A stretch of DNA of 53,540 nt from Candidatus Velthaea sp. (lineage in GTDB: Bacteria; Vulcanimicrobiota; Vulcanimicrobiia; Vulcanimicrobiales; Vulcanimicrobiaceae). Below, piece by piece: positions 10,452-20,763 of the stretch. The notes below the pieces were generated by a model. That model was given only the letters and a program-made list of their open reading frames with translations, was not told the DNA's origin and did not search any database. Numbering within the stretch: position 1 is the stretch's first letter; every line of letters begins with the position of its first letter. The position numbers and the translations under genes were made by a program. Location of the stretch: assembly GCA_050012475.1 (NCBI GenBank), contig JBEKHC010000057.1:1-53540 (forward strand), read 5' to 3'.

Positions 10452-11173
10452 ATCGCGCGATGTACGCTGCCGCGTCGGGGATGGCCGCGCAGCAGACCAA
10501 TCTCGACATCATTGCCGACAATTTGGCAAATGCCGACGTGGCGGGTTTCAAAGGCGCGGCGGCCTCCTTCGGCGACGTGAATGCCGGCGGCACCCTCGGA
10601 CTGGGAACGGCCGAAATCGGCCGCCATCCCGTCTTCGAGCAGGGCAAACTCATGAAAAGCGGCGGCCCGTTCGATCTGGCCATCGACGGCGCCGGATTCT
10701 TTCGCGTCGAGAAGAATGGCGCGAGCGCGTTCACGCGGGCCGGCGAGTTTACCCGCGCGGCAGACGGCACGCTGCGCAATGCGGACGGCTGGGCGCTGCG
10801 CGGCGTACACCTTCCCGCCGACGCGCTCAACGCGAGCGTCGAACGCGACGGGCGCGTCGTCGTCGATACGCCGGCAGTCAAACACCGGATCGTCGGGCGC
10901 GTCGATCTGGCGGCTTTTCGGGCGCCCGAAATGCTGCGCTCGCTGGGCGGCACGATCTTCACGCAAACGCCGGAGTCGGGCGCGCCTCAGCAGATCGTGC
11001 CCGGCACCGGACGCTCGACGATCGCCTTCGGAATGTTGGAAAAGTCGAACGTCTCCATCGTCGAGTCGATGATGCAAATTCTCACCGCCCAGCGCGCGTA
11101 CGAAGCGAACGCGAAAGGAGTTCAAGCCGCAGATGAAATGTTGCGCATCGCCAATAACCTTCATCGCAGTTAA
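10448..11173 (+). CDS. flgG: Flagellar basal-body rod protein FlgG
   Basis: AASGMAAQQTNLDIIADNLAN, DLAIDGAGFF, TRAGEF, LEKSNVSIVESM...AQRAYEANAK. Confidence 0.85.
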   Translation: MNRAMYAAASGMAAQQTNLDIIADNLANADVAGFKGAAASFGDVNAGGTLGLGTAEIGRHPVFEQGKLMKSGGPFDLAIDGAGFFRVEKNGASAFTRAGEFTRAADGTLRNADGWALRGVHLPADALNASVERDGRVVVDTPAVKHRIVGRVDLAAFRAPEMLRSLGGTIFTQTPESGAPQQIVPGTGRSTIAFGMLEKSNVSIVESMMQILTAQRAYEANAKGVQAADEMLRIANNLHRS

Positions 11174-11324
11174 CGCGCCGAGCCCGGCGCGCGCGGCGGA
11201 ATCGACGCTGCAGGCGGTGCTCTTCAGCGCTATCCTCAAGCCGCTCGCCAAAGGTTTGGGGCCCGTCGGCGACGTCGCCGTCGATTCAGTCGTGCAACAT
11301 CTGTTCGTGCCGGCGCGGACATGA
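11133..11324 (+). CDS. Small protein, possibly a minimal FlgJ rod-binding domain
   Basis: Fills the flgG-fliA gap; its stop overlaps the fliA ATG (ATGA). AAESTLQAVLFSAILKPL resembles the FlgJ N-terminal helix. Start uncertain. Confidence 0.45.
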   Translation: MKCCASPITFIAVNAPSPARAAESTLQAVLFSAILKPLAKGLGPVGDVAVDSVVQHLFVPART

Positions 11325-11986
11325 TCGATCGCGAAGAGCAGATCCGGTTGTTGCTGCCGCTCGTTCGGCGCATCGCTCGCCGCATCGCGCGGGTGGTCGG
11401 CGGAGCGGATCTGGACGACCTCGTCGGCGACGGCAGCGTGGGCCTGATCCGGGCGGTGGATTCGTTCGATCCGCGCTACGGGGTGTCGCTCGAACACTAT
11501 GCCCGGCGCGTCATCGCGGGCGCGATGCTCAACGGCATCCGCCGGCTGGATCCGGTGAGCGAGCGGGTGCGCCGAACGCTGCGCGAAGCCGAACGCGAGC
11601 GCTACGCGTTGGCGACCGAACGCGGCGAGCTTCCGGCGATGCTCGAGATGGAGCAGCGCGTGCCGGCCTTGAAACGCGCCCGCACCGAGGCACATCGCGG
11701 AACGCCGATTTCGATCGATGCACCGCTGCCGATGGGCGAGCGCTTCGACCTCAGCGAGGCCGACGATCCGCAGCTGCTCGCCGAGCAAGACGCCCAGCGC
11801 CGGCGGGTGCGCGACGCAATCGAGTCCTTGCCGCCACGCGAACGGCGGTTGGTCTTCGCGCATTATTTTAGCGAGCGGTCGTTGCGCGCACTGAGCGGCG
11901 ACATGGCGGTCTCGCCGCAACGCGTCTCGCAACTGCACCTGATCGCACTCGCGCGAATGCGGCGCGGCTTGGCTCGGGGCGCGTGA
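11321..11986 (+). CDS. fliA: RNA polymerase sigma-28 factor (FliA/WhiG family)
   Basis: LPLVRRIA, DDLVGDGSVGLIRAVDSFDP, YARRVIAGAMLNGIRRLD, VSPQRVSQLH. Flagellar gene context. Confidence 0.85.
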   Translation: MIDREEQIRLLLPLVRRIARRIARVVGGADLDDLVGDGSVGLIRAVDSFDPRYGVSLEHYARRVIAGAMLNGIRRLDPVSERVRRTLREAERERYALATERGELPAMLEMEQRVPALKRARTEAHRGTPISIDAPLPMGERFDLSEADDPQLLAEQDAQRRRVRDAIESLPPRERRLVFAHYFSERSLRALSGDMAVSPQRVSQLHLIALARMRRGLARGA

Positions 11987-12276
11987 ACGACGCACTTGCC
12001 GCGCAGCGTGCGGGACTGGATCCGCTCGTTCTCGATCCGATTGCCGGAGTTCGTGCCGACGTCGATGCCCCGGACCTCACGCCGTCGCTGCCGGGCGATC
12101 ACCCGGCGTGGCAACGCGACGTCGTCTCGATTTCAAGTCGCGTTCGCGCCCTCATTGCCGCCATGCGCCCGGTTATCGTCAAGGTGCTGACGTTTTGGGA
12201 TCACCGCTTGGGCGATATCGTGTTGGGCGCGCGAACCTTCGGTGTCGATCCGAGCGGCAGCTATCGATTACGCTAA
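11983..12276 (+). CDS. Hypothetical protein
   Basis: GTGA coupling to the fliA stop; 97-aa ORF with plausible codon usage; no recognised motif. Confidence 0.6.
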   Translation: MNDALAAQRAGLDPLVLDPIAGVRADVDAPDLTPSLPGDHPAWQRDVVSISSRVRALIAAMRPVIVKVLTFWDHRLGDIVLGARTFGVDPSGSYRLR

Positions 12277-12482
12277 GTGCGCCGAGCGGATAGTATACGT
12301 GTCCGTTCATCCGTGTCGTCTTCGTTTGCAGAAAATTAAATTAGACGCGAGCCACGCCGCCAAAAATCGTGGATCGACTCTTGCGCATTCATAGCAGCGC
12401 GCGTACTATTGGTGAAGTTCGCGTTCCCCGTTCCGTTGTGTGCAGTTCGACCACAGCGCTGCTTCGTTGTAGGAGGCTCGTA

Positions 12483-13442
12483 ATGATGGTTCGTTCGAGT
12501 GTGCTCGTTGTTCTTTTCGCAAGTGCGGCCGTTCTGAGCGGCTGCAGCAATAACGTTGCCGGCACGGGTCCGGTGGCGATCGGCAATGCTCAGTGGGCGG
12601 TAACCGCGGGAGCAGACGCAAGTGCGCAGGCGCTGCAGACGCTGCGCTTCTATCCGCAAGATATCACGATCAACGCCGGTGATGCGGTGCAATGGTCGTT
12701 TCCCGGCGGCGAACCGCACACCGTAACGCTGCTCGGTCCGCGAACGACGCTGCCGGCAGTAAGCGACCCCACGAATGCGGTGCCGGCCGGTCCGTCGATC
12801 TACGATGGTTCGCAGTACGTTAGCTCCGGGTTCGTGTTGCTGGGCAAGAGCTTCACCCTGACCTTCAACAAGCCCGGAATCTACACGTATCACTGCCTGA
12901 TTCATCCGGGCATGACGGGTCAGATCAGCGTCCAAGCTCCGGGATCCACCCATCCCGTAAACCAGGCGATGTATATGGCCCAAGCCAACACGCAGATGAC
13001 GACCGATCTTACGGCGGCTGCCGCATCGGTTGCGAGTTTTCCGTTTGCGACCGGAGGGCCGCATCTCGTTGCCGGTATGTCGCCCGGGATGAGCATGGGT
13101 CAGCCGTCGGCGTTGACCGTCCTGCGCTTTCTCGACGGCCCGTCGCTTTCCGACACGTCGGTCACGATTGCAGCCGGGCAGACCGTGACCTGGACCAATG
13201 AGTCGAACAACGAACCGCACACGGTGACGATCGCACCGGCCGGCGCGGCTTTCCCAAACCTCAATCCGTTCGGGCCGGCCAGCGGCGGAAACATCTACGA
13301 CGGAACGACGCTCGTCAATTCCGGCGTCCTGCTGCCGGGGCAAAGCTTCAGCTTGCAGTTTACCAAACCGGGAACGTACACGTATCATTGCATCTTCCAC
13401 GACGACACCGAGAACATGATCGGAACCGTCGTCGTTCTTTGA
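12483..13442 (+). CDS. Lipoprotein with two plastocyanin/azurin-like cupredoxin domains
   Basis: AGGAGG RBS; lipobox LSGC; two repeats, EPHTVT...YTYHCLIHPGM and EPHTVT...YTYHCIFHDDTENM (type-1 Cu His/Cys/His/Met). Confidence 0.88.
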   Translation: MMVRSSVLVVLFASAAVLSGCSNNVAGTGPVAIGNAQWAVTAGADASAQALQTLRFYPQDITINAGDAVQWSFPGGEPHTVTLLGPRTTLPAVSDPTNAVPAGPSIYDGSQYVSSGFVLLGKSFTLTFNKPGIYTYHCLIHPGMTGQISVQAPGSTHPVNQAMYMAQANTQMTTDLTAAAASVASFPFATGGPHLVAGMSPGMSMGQPSALTVLRFLDGPSLSDTSVTIAAGQTVTWTNESNNEPHTVTIAPAGAAFPNLNPFGPASGGNIYDGTTLVNSGVLLPGQSFSLQFTKPGTYTYHCIFHDDTENMIGTVVVL

Positions 13443-13623
13443 CACAACTCGTATCGAAAAACGCGCGCCGGCGACGGAGAGAAGCTTCCTGAAATCCTGC
13501 AACAAACATAGGCTGTGATGCGTTTTACTCATTAGGAGCGCGGGTCGGAGACCGTCAGACGTTCCAACGAATGAACACCGCGCGCTTTGTTCGCGAGCGG
13601 CTTAGGAAAATGAATCTCTCCGT

Positions 13624-13935
13624 ATGAATCCCGTTCTTCTCGGTTTGGTCGCCGGCGCATTTACCACGACGTCGAGCTTGCCTCAAATACTTTACATTCT
13701 CAAGACGCGCTCGATGAAAGATATCTCGCTTGTAACGCTGTGCATGTTCGCATCCGGCGTATCATTGTGGCTCAGCTACGGAATCATCATTCACGCGTTG
13801 CCGGTCATTCTTTGGAACTCGCTCAGTCTGACGCTTTACAGCGTGCAGATTTTTCTGAAGCTGAGCTTGGGGCACGGCGCCGAACCGGCGTTGACCTGGC
13901 AGCCCAAAAGCGCTCCGGCGGCTCTTTCCGCCTAA
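13624..13935 (+). CDS. SemiSWEET (PQ-loop) sugar transporter
   Basis: GLVAGAFTT..LPQI...KTRSMKDISL...LWLSYG...PVILWN; three TM helices. Confidence 0.9.
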   Translation: MNPVLLGLVAGAFTTTSSLPQILYILKTRSMKDISLVTLCMFASGVSLWLSYGIIIHALPVILWNSLSLTLYSVQIFLKLSLGHGAEPALTWQPKSAPAALSA

Positions 13936-13940
13936 CCTCG

Positions 13941-14786
13941 TCAGGCGGACTGCAGCGCGACCCCAGGGACCGGATCCAGATTGGCGACGATCCCCTCGAT
14001 GAGGCGGGCAACGGAGTCGGCGCCGCGCGCGGCGGCTTCGAGAACGTCGACGTGTGACGTCTTCATCCCGTTGTGCACGTTGGTGATCAAGCTGAAGGCC
14101 ACGACGTCACAGCCCAGGGCGCGCGCGGCAATCGTCTCCAGAACCGTTGACATGCCGACGGCATCCGCGCCCAGCGTGCGCAGATAGCGCGCCTCGGCCG
14201 GCGTTTCGTATGCCGGCCCGACCAGCCCGGCGTACACGCCGGTCTGCATGACGATCGCGTATTCGCCCGCCATGTGCCGCGCCAGGTCGCGCAGCTCGGG
14301 TGAATACGCCTGGAGCATGTCGACGAACCGATCCTTGATTCCGAACGGCGGATGCGCGCCGATGAGCGGGCTGGTTCCGGTGAGATTGAGGTGATCGCAC
14401 AGCAGCATCAGATCGCCGGGATTGAAATCCGTATTGACGGCGCCCGCGGCATTGGTCAGCACGATGGTGCGCGCCCCGGCCGCCGCCGCGACGGCGATCG
14501 GATAGGCAACCTCCATCGCCGAGCGGCCCTCGTACAGATGGAAGCGGCCAGAGAAGGCAGCGACGCGCCGGCCGTGCAGTTCGCCGATGAACGCTTCGCC
14601 GGCATGTCCCGGAACCGTTGGGGCGGGCATCCCGGCGATCTTCTTGTAGCTTACCGCCGCGGTGTCGATCCGGTCGCGGAGCACGCCGCCAAAACCCGAG
14701 CCGAGCACGATCGCGCAATCGATCGTGCCGCCGGCCCGGCTTTGGACGAAATGCGCCGCCTCCTCGAGATGCTTCTTTTTTTTCAT
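13941..14786 (-). CDS. punA: Purine-nucleoside phosphorylase (trimeric type)
   Basis: VLGSGFG, PTVPGHAG, GRFHLYEG, LTNAAG, GPAYETPAE, GADAVGMSTV, SLITN. Confidence 0.95.
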   Translation of the reverse strand: MKKKKHLEEAAHFVQSRAGGTIDCAIVLGSGFGGVLRDRIDTAAVSYKKIAGMPAPTVPGHAGEAFIGELHGRRVAAFSGRFHLYEGRSAMEVAYPIAVAAAAGARTIVLTNAAGAVNTDFNPGDLMLLCDHLNLTGTSPLIGAHPPFGIKDRFVDMLQAYSPELRDLARHMAGEYAIVMQTGVYAGLVGPAYETPAEARYLRTLGADAVGMSTVLETIAARALGCDVVAFSLITNVHNGMKTSHVDVLEAAARGADSVARLIEGIVANLDPVPGVALQSA

Positions 14787-14787
14787 C

Positions 14788-16335
14788 TCATCCCGTCGGC
14801 GCTGCAACCGCCGCGAGCAGATTGGTCCCCGTCATTGCTGCCGGAACTTCCAAACCCAGGAGCGGCAACAGGGTCGGTGCGACGTCGCCGAGTTTTCCGC
14901 CAGGGGCCAGCGTGCCGACCGATTCTTCGCGGATGATCACGAACGGCACCGGGTTGGTCGTGTGCGCCGTGAGCGGATTGCCGTTCTTATCGATCTTCTC
15001 TTCGGCGTTGCCGTGATCGGCGGTGATGGCCAGCGTACCGCCGGCGTCGAGCACGGCTTGCTCGAGGCGCCCCAGGCACACGTCGAGCGTTTCGACGCCG
15101 GAAATGGTAGGTTCCCATTTACCGGTGTGGCCGACCATGTCGGCGTTGGCGTAGTTCATCACGATCACGTCATGATGGTTGAGCGCGAGATCTTCGACGG
15201 CTGTGGTGGTGATGTCGGCGGCCGACATCTCCGGTGCGAGATCGTAGGTGGCGACGCGCCGGTTGGACGGAATCAGGATCCGGTCCTCGCGCTCGAACAC
15301 GTCTTCACGGCCGCCGTTGAAGAAGTACGTGACGTGCGCGTACTTTTCGGTTTCCGCCAAACGCAGCTGGCGCAGCCCGGCGCGCGAGACGATCTCGCCG
15401 AACGTATCGTTCTGCGGGCGCGGCCCGAACAACACCGGATTGGTGAAGTACTCCTCGTATTTGGTCATCGTCGCGAAGACGAAGTTGGCGAAGTGGTGCA
15501 CGGGGAATTCGCTGAACTTCGGATCGCTAAAGGCCATCGTGAGTTCGCGCGCGCGGTCCGGACGGAAGTTGAAGAAGATCACCGCATCGCCGTCGCGGAC
15601 GGGCCGCGGTTCGCCCACGATCGTGGGCAGCACGAACTCGTCGTTTTCGTCGCGCGCATACGCTGCTTCGAGCGCGGCGATCGCCGTGGGCGCGTGATGC
15701 TCGGACGTGCCGCGCACTAGCGCGGCGTATGCCTTCTCCACGCGCTCCCAACGCTTGTCGCGATCCATGCCGTAGTACCGGCCGCCGATCGAGGCGATCG
15801 CGCCGGCCCGGCCGTGCGCAGCGAGATAGTTCTCGAGCCGTTCGATGTAGACTTTCGCCGAACGCGGCGGCACGTCGCGACCGTCCAGAAATGCGTCGAT
15901 CGCGATCGGCACGCTGGCGGCGACCGCCGCGTCGATGAACGCCTCGAGATGATCCTGCGAACTATGAACCTTGCCGTCGGAGAGCAGCCCCATGAAGTGC
16001 AGCGTGCCGCCGGTGGTGCGAACGTGCGTGAGCACGCTGCTCAAGACGGGGTTGATTTTGAACGATCCGTCGGCGATCTGCGCATCGATGACGACGATCC
16101 CTTGCGGCACCGTGCGGCCCGACCCGATGTTGATGTGGCCGACCTCGCTGTTGCCCATGATGCCGGGCGGAAGGCCGACGGACTCGCCGCTGGCATCGAT
16201 CTCGGTCCACGGGTTGCGTTCGAGCATGCGCCGCCAGTTCGGGATATCGGCGGCGGCGATGGCGTTGCCGTGCGTCTCGTCGCGGCAGCCCCACCCATCG
16301 AGAATCGCGAGGACGAAAGGCGGGCGACGGCTCAC
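14788..16335 (-). CDS. gpmI: 2,3-bisphosphoglycerate-independent phosphoglycerate mutase
   Basis: ILDGWG, MGNSEVGH, GRYYGMDRD, AETEKYAHVT, NADMVGHTG, TADHGN, TAHT. Confidence 0.98.
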   Translation of the reverse strand: MSRRPPFVLAILDGWGCRDETHGNAIAAADIPNWRRMLERNPWTEIDASGESVGLPPGIMGNSEVGHINIGSGRTVPQGIVVIDAQIADGSFKINPVLSSVLTHVRTTGGTLHFMGLLSDGKVHSSQDHLEAFIDAAVAASVPIAIDAFLDGRDVPPRSAKVYIERLENYLAAHGRAGAIASIGGRYYGMDRDKRWERVEKAYAALVRGTSEHHAPTAIAALEAAYARDENDEFVLPTIVGEPRPVRDGDAVIFFNFRPDRARELTMAFSDPKFSEFPVHHFANFVFATMTKYEEYFTNPVLFGPRPQNDTFGEIVSRAGLRQLRLAETEKYAHVTYFFNGGREDVFEREDRILIPSNRRVATYDLAPEMSAADITTTAVEDLALNHHDVIVMNYANADMVGHTGKWEPTISGVETLDVCLGRLEQAVLDAGGTLAITADHGNAEEKIDKNGNPLTAHTTNPVPFVIIREESVGTLAPGGKLGDVAPTLLPLLGLEVPAAMTGTNLLAAVAAPTG

Positions 16336-17081
16336 GCGGTGACTCCCTGCCGCGCGTTCCGCAGGAGTGCGGCGAACGATTTGGGATCCAGACTCGCGCC
16401 GCCGACGAGCGCGCCGTTGATGTGCTCTTGCGCGACGAGTGCGGCGATGTTATCGGGTTTGACGCTGCCGCCGTACAACAGCCGCGTCTTCTCGAGTCCC
16501 GGAACCGCGGCGCGGATCGCGCCCATGATCGCGTTGGCGTTTTCCGGGCTGTCGACGTTGCCGGTGCCGATCGCCCAAATCGGTTCGTACGCCACCACGC
16601 AGCGGATGACGTCGGCTTCGGGAACTCCGGCGAACGCCGCTTGAATCTGCGCGATGACGCGTTCGCGGGCTTGTCCGGCTTGATGTTCGGCGTCGGTTTC
16701 GCCGACCGCGACGATCGGCGTGATGCCGTGGGCCAAGGCGGCGGGGATTTTCTTGTTGATCGTGGTGTCGATCTCGCCGCAGTACGCGCGCCGCTCGGAG
16801 TGACCCAGAATGACCCAGCGCACGCCGCAGGCCACGAGCATGGGCGGTGAGACTTCGCCGGTGAAAGCGCCCGTATCGGCCCAGTGCATCGTTTGCGCGC
16901 CGAGTCCGATCGCGGTGCCTTCGAGCGCAGCTCCCGCCGCCGGCAGGTCGACGAACGGCGGACAAATCACGGCGTCGGTGTCGTTCGGATCCGGCGCAAG
17001 CGCCTGCAGGTCCGTGACGAACCGGACCGCTTCCGCAGGGATCTTGAACATCTTCCAATTGCCGACGACGAGGTTTTTCAT
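16332..17081 (-). CDS. tpiA: Triosephosphate isomerase
   Basis: [44 protein letters not shown]. Confidence 0.98.
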   Translation of the reverse strand: MKNLVVGNWKMFKIPAEAVRFVTDLQALAPDPNDTDAVICPPFVDLPAAGAALEGTAIGLGAQTMHWADTGAFTGEVSPPMLVACGVRWVILGHSERRAYCGEIDTTINKKIPAALAHGITPIVAVGETDAEHQAGQARERVIAQIQAAFAGVPEADVIRCVVAYEPIWAIGTGNVDSPENANAIMGAIRAAVPGLEKTRLLYGGSVKPDNIAALVAQEHINGALVGGASLDPKSFAALLRNARQGVTA

Positions 17082-18268
17082 GCGGTGACTCCTTCTAATG
17101 CGGCAACGCCGGGCAGCGTTTTGCCTTCGAGAAATTCGAGCGTTGCGCCGCCGCCCGTCGAGATGTGCGACATCTTATCGGCAAATCCCAGCGCGTGCGC
17201 GGCAGCCGCCGCGTCGCCGCCGCCGACGACGCTGGTCCCGCCGGCTTTCGTTGCTGCCGCGATCGCTTCGCCGACGACCTGCGTGCCGTGCGCGTAGATG
17301 GGCTTTTCATAGACGCCCATCGGGCCGTTGAAGACGATCGTCTTCGCCTCGCGCAGCGCCGCCGCGTACGCATCAGCGGTCCGGGGTCCGATGTCGAGAA
17401 TCATCCGGTCGCCGATCTCGCCCAACCCGACGACCGTCGCGGTTGCGTCGGCGTCGAACGCATCGGCGACGACGGCGTCGATCGGCAGGTGGAGGGTGAT
17501 GCCGTGCGCCTTGGCGTCGGCGATGATCTTGGTCGCGGGTCCGAGGTCGGGATCGCGCAGTGACTTGCCGACGTTCACTCCTTGCGCGGCGAGAAACGTG
17601 TTGGCCATTCCGCCGCCGATAACGAAGGCGTCGACGCGGCTGAGCAGATTGGTGAAGACGCCGACTTTGTCGACGACTTTGGCGCCGCCGATCGCACAGA
17701 TGAACGGCTTGACGGGGTTATCGGTGAGCCGCGCCAGCGCCGCGAGTTCGGCTTCCATGAGAAACCCGGCGTAGGCCGGGAGATAGGCGGCGATGCCGGC
17801 AGTCGAAGCGTGGGCGCGATGCGCGGTTCCGAAAGCATCGTTCACGTAGATGTCGCCGCTGGCCGCCAACTGGCGCGCGAACGCGGCATCGTTGCCCTCT
17901 TCCTCGGCATGATAGCGCACGTTCTCGAACAGCACGAAGCCGCCGTCGGGAACGGCGTGCGATGCGTCGACGCAGGCCTGCCCAACGCAATCATCGACGA
18001 ACTGCACCGGAATGTTGAGGCGTTCGGCGAGCCGCGCAGCGACCGGGCGCAGCGAATACTTGGGATCGCGTTTTCCGTCCGGCCGCCCGAGGTGCGAGAG
18101 GATCACCGTTTTCGCACCGTGGTCGGCGAGGAAGCGCAGCGTCTGGAGCGCCGCGGTGATGCGCGTTTCGTCGCCGATCGCGCCGTTTTTGAGCGGCACG
18201 TTGAGGTCCTCGCGTACGACGACGCGCTTGCCGCGCACGTCGACATCATTGAGCGTCTTGAACTTCAC
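17078..18268 (-). CDS. pgk: Phosphoglycerate kinase
   Basis: [53 protein letters not shown]. Likely GTG start at 18268 (VKFKTL). Confidence 0.97.
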   Translation of the reverse strand: MKFKTLNDVDVRGKRVVVREDLNVPLKNGAIGDETRITAALQTLRFLADHGAKTVILSHLGRPDGKRDPKYSLRPVAARLAERLNIPVQFVDDCVGQACVDASHAVPDGGFVLFENVRYHAEEEGNDAAFARQLAASGDIYVNDAFGTAHRAHASTAGIAAYLPAYAGFLMEAELAALARLTDNPVKPFICAIGGAKVVDKVGVFTNLLSRVDAFVIGGGMANTFLAAQGVNVGKSLRDPDLGPATKIIADAKAHGITLHLPIDAVVADAFDADATATVVGLGEIGDRMILDIGPRTADAYAAALREAKTIVFNGPMGVYEKPIYAHGTQVVGEAIAAATKAGGTSVVGGGDAAAAAHALGFADKMSHISTGGGATLEFLEGKTLPGVAALEGVTA

Positions 18269-18286
18269 AGCGTAAAATGATCTCCG

Positions 18287-18418
18287 ATAGTTCATCCAGC
18301 GCGGGTATGCATCGGCCGTGCGCGCCGGGTCAGGTGGAAAGTGGCCGTCGACGGGAGAGACGACGAACTGCACCGGCTTGCCCAAGTCGCGCAGCGCGTG
18401 GAAAAACTCAAGAGAATG
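18287..18418 (-). pseudogene. Relic of the C-terminus of an S9 (prolyl oligopeptidase / acylaminoacyl peptidase) family gene
   Basis: HSLEFFHALRDLGKPVQFVVSPVDGHFPPDPARTADAYPRWMNY matches the S9 C-terminal catalytic-His segment. No intact upstream gene. Confidence 0.6.
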
Positions 18419-18787
18419 AAACCCCTGAGAACATACGTGATCGATTGCCCGTGCACCCATCGCGCGAGATTGCGATCCACGACGGCGTTCGAGTCGTCGC
18501 AGTGGGCGCAGAGGGAGGTCGGGCGCGGCCGCGAGCGACACGCACGGGGGGCGCCGGTTCGGCGTCGATTCGCGCGTTGGCCGCGCTGGCTGGGCACCGC
18601 GGGCGGTGCGGTGCGGGTCAGGCCGGTCGCGAGGGCACCCGGCATGAACGGACGCACTCGAGCGTCGCCCGTTGCGCCGATTGCGGGCGCTATGGAGTGT
18701 TTTCCAAACGGAGCGGACTGCGCATTGCGCAGTCCGCCGCGCTTCGAGGGGGCCGCCTGTCGTTTGTCGGACAGGTCCGGCACCTTT

Positions 18788-19804
18788 CTAGACCGCTGAG
18801 GGAATCTTCGCGAGAACCTTTGCCGCGAGATCGGCCAGGCGGCACGAGTATCCCCACTCGTTGTCGTACCAGGCGCCGATTTGGATCAGCGTGCCCTGGG
18901 CCCCGGTCAGCTTGCCGTCGACGATCGAACTGTGCGGGTTTTGCTTGTAATCGGTCGAGACCAGCTCCTCTTCGGTGTACTGGAGGATGCCTTTGAGCGG
19001 TCCTTCACTGGCGGCCTTGCGCAGGATCGCATTGAGTGCGTCTTTCGTCGTCGGTTTCTTGACCACCGCAACGAGGTACACCATCGAGACGGTCGGCACC
19101 GGAACGCGTAGCGCGAATCCATCGAAGGTTCCTTCGACCTCCGGGATCGTCAGATACAACGCCTTGGCTGCGCCGGTCGAAGTCGGAATGATGTTCGTCG
19201 CGGCATTCCGCGCGCGGCGCAAATCTTTATGCGGCGCGTCGAGGATGTTCTGATCGTTGGTATAGGCGTGGATCGTGTTCATGAACGCGCTTACCCAACC
19301 GAGTTCGTCGACGATCGGTTTGACGAACGGCCCGAGGCAGTTCGTCGTGCACGACGCGTTGGAGATGACATGGTGCTTGGCGGGATCGTACTGCTGATCG
19401 TTGACGCCCAAGACCACGGTGAGGTCGACGCCCTTGGCGGGCGCCGAGATCAGGACTTTCTTGGCTCCGCCGCCGTCGATGTGGGCGCGGGCCTTCGCTG
19501 CGTCGGTGAAGAGCCCGGTCGATTCGACCACGACGTCGACGCCGAGCGTTTTCCAGGGGAGTTTTGAGGGGTCGCGTTCGGCCAGCACTTTGATCGTCTT
19601 GCCGTTGATCGTGATGCCGTCCGCCGAGGCGCTGACGTCCCCGTCGAAGATCCCGTAATTCGAATCGTATTTGAACAAGTGCGCGCTCTCGGCGGCACTT
19701 GTGAGGTCGTTGACTGCGGCAATCTCGATATCGGGATACCGTTCGAGCAGTGCCTTGGTGAAGTTTCGTCCGATACGGCCGAAGCCGTTGATTCCAATGC
19801 GCAT
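18788..19804 (-). CDS. gap: Type I glyceraldehyde-3-phosphate dehydrogenase
   Basis: [41 protein letters not shown]. Confidence 0.98.
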   Translation of the reverse strand: MRIGINGFGRIGRNFTKALLERYPDIEIAAVNDLTSAAESAHLFKYDSNYGIFDGDVSASADGITINGKTIKVLAERDPSKLPWKTLGVDVVVESTGLFTDAAKARAHIDGGGAKKVLISAPAKGVDLTVVLGVNDQQYDPAKHHVISNASCTTNCLGPFVKPIVDELGWVSAFMNTIHAYTNDQNILDAPHKDLRRARNAATNIIPTSTGAAKALYLTIPEVEGTFDGFALRVPVPTVSMVYLVAVVKKPTTKDALNAILRKAASEGPLKGILQYTEEELVSTDYKQNPHSSIVDGKLTGAQGTLIQIGAWYDNEWGYSCRLADLAAKVLAKIPSAV

Positions 19805-19842
19805 AGCATGCAACCCTTAGCCAACTGAGGCGGCTTGGTCCT

Positions 19843-20763
19843 TTAAAGTTTCCCCTGCTGAGGTTCAGTGTGGAACTTTTGTGCGCTAGGCACCGTCCCG
19901 CGCAGCCGGTCCACCAAGCGCATGAGCGCAGCGATGCGCCCGTTCAGCGTCGCTTTGCCGACCGGCGGGTTACAGCGGCGGCCGAGTTCGGCGAGCGTTT
20001 CGTCGGGGTGAGCCAGCCGCAGCTGCGCGCTTTCACGCAAGACCGGCGACAGATTGCGCAGACCGTAGGCATCGGCGAGAAAGGCGAATGCTTCGCGTTG
20101 CGCGGCGGCGGCGCTCGCCGCCCGCACCAGGTTCGCCGCCTCGGTGTTGACGATCCGATGAATGCGGTTCTTGGTCTCCTTCATCGCGCGGACGTCCTCG
20201 AGATGAAGCACGGCGCCGTAGGCGCCGATCGCCGAGAGCAGCGCGACGATCGCATCGAGTCCCTTGAGGTAGACCACGATCCGGCCTTTGCGCACGGCGC
20301 GCTTGCCGGCGATCGATTCCGTCGCGAGCAGACCGGCGATGCGTTCGGCGCGCTCGCGGTCGGCGCAGACGAATTCGAGATGGTATCCGTGCTGCGGCGT
20401 GGCCAGCGAGCCGCAGGCCAAAAACGCGGCCCGCAGTTCGATGCGCCGGTCGCAGCGTGCGCGCGGCTTGGGCGGCGGCTCGGCCAGCGTGTCGTCAATG
20501 TCGATCTCATAGGTCGTCGAACGGAAGAGGCGCGGTTCGGGCGTGCGCCGCACCGGCCCCGTGTTGCGGTCGTCGAGCAACGTTCGAAACAGTCGCGCAA
20601 CCGCCGGCCGGCGCGTGCGGAACGCCCAGCCCGTGGGCGTTGCGATGCTGCCGAAATATGCTAGTCCGGCACGCAGCGCCGCGCGGCAATGGGCGGCTTT
20701 GGGCAGGTCGCGCGCGAGCGCGTCCTTGGCGTCGGCCGACCGTGCCGAGGCGTTCCTAACCAT
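19843..20763 (-). CDS. whiA: DNA-binding protein WhiA
   Basis: LRAAFLACGS...YHLEF, VVYLK, RIVNTEAANL, LRLAHPDETLAELG, PPVGKATLN. Located upstream of gap. Confidence 0.93.
   Translation of the reverse strand: MVRNASARSADAKDALARDLPKAAHCRAALRAGLAYFGSIATPTGWAFRTRRPAVARLFRTLLDDRNTGPVRRTPEPRLFRSTTYEIDIDDTLAEPPPKPRARCDRRIELRAAFLACGSLATPQHGYHLEFVCADRERAERIAGLLATESIAGKRAVRKGRIVVYLKGLDAIVALLSAIGAYGAVLHLEDVRAMKETKNRIHRIVNTEAANLVRAASAAAAQREAFAFLADAYGLRNLSPVLRESAQLRLAHPDETLAELGRRCNPPVGKATLNGRIAALMRLVDRLRGTVPSAQKFHTEPQQGKL

Noticed and set aside
9815..11995. Long antisense or alternate-frame ORFs (e.g. 726 aa at 9815, 680 aa at 32077, 839 aa at 49426, 545 aa at 2759)
   Set aside because: Shadow ORFs of well-supported genes, expected in high-GC DNA; Arg/Ala-rich with no motifs.
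18292..18799. ORFs 18292-18783 (-) and 18341-18799 (+) as real genes
   Set aside because: Low-complexity translations, no RBS or family motif; better explained as decayed sequence.
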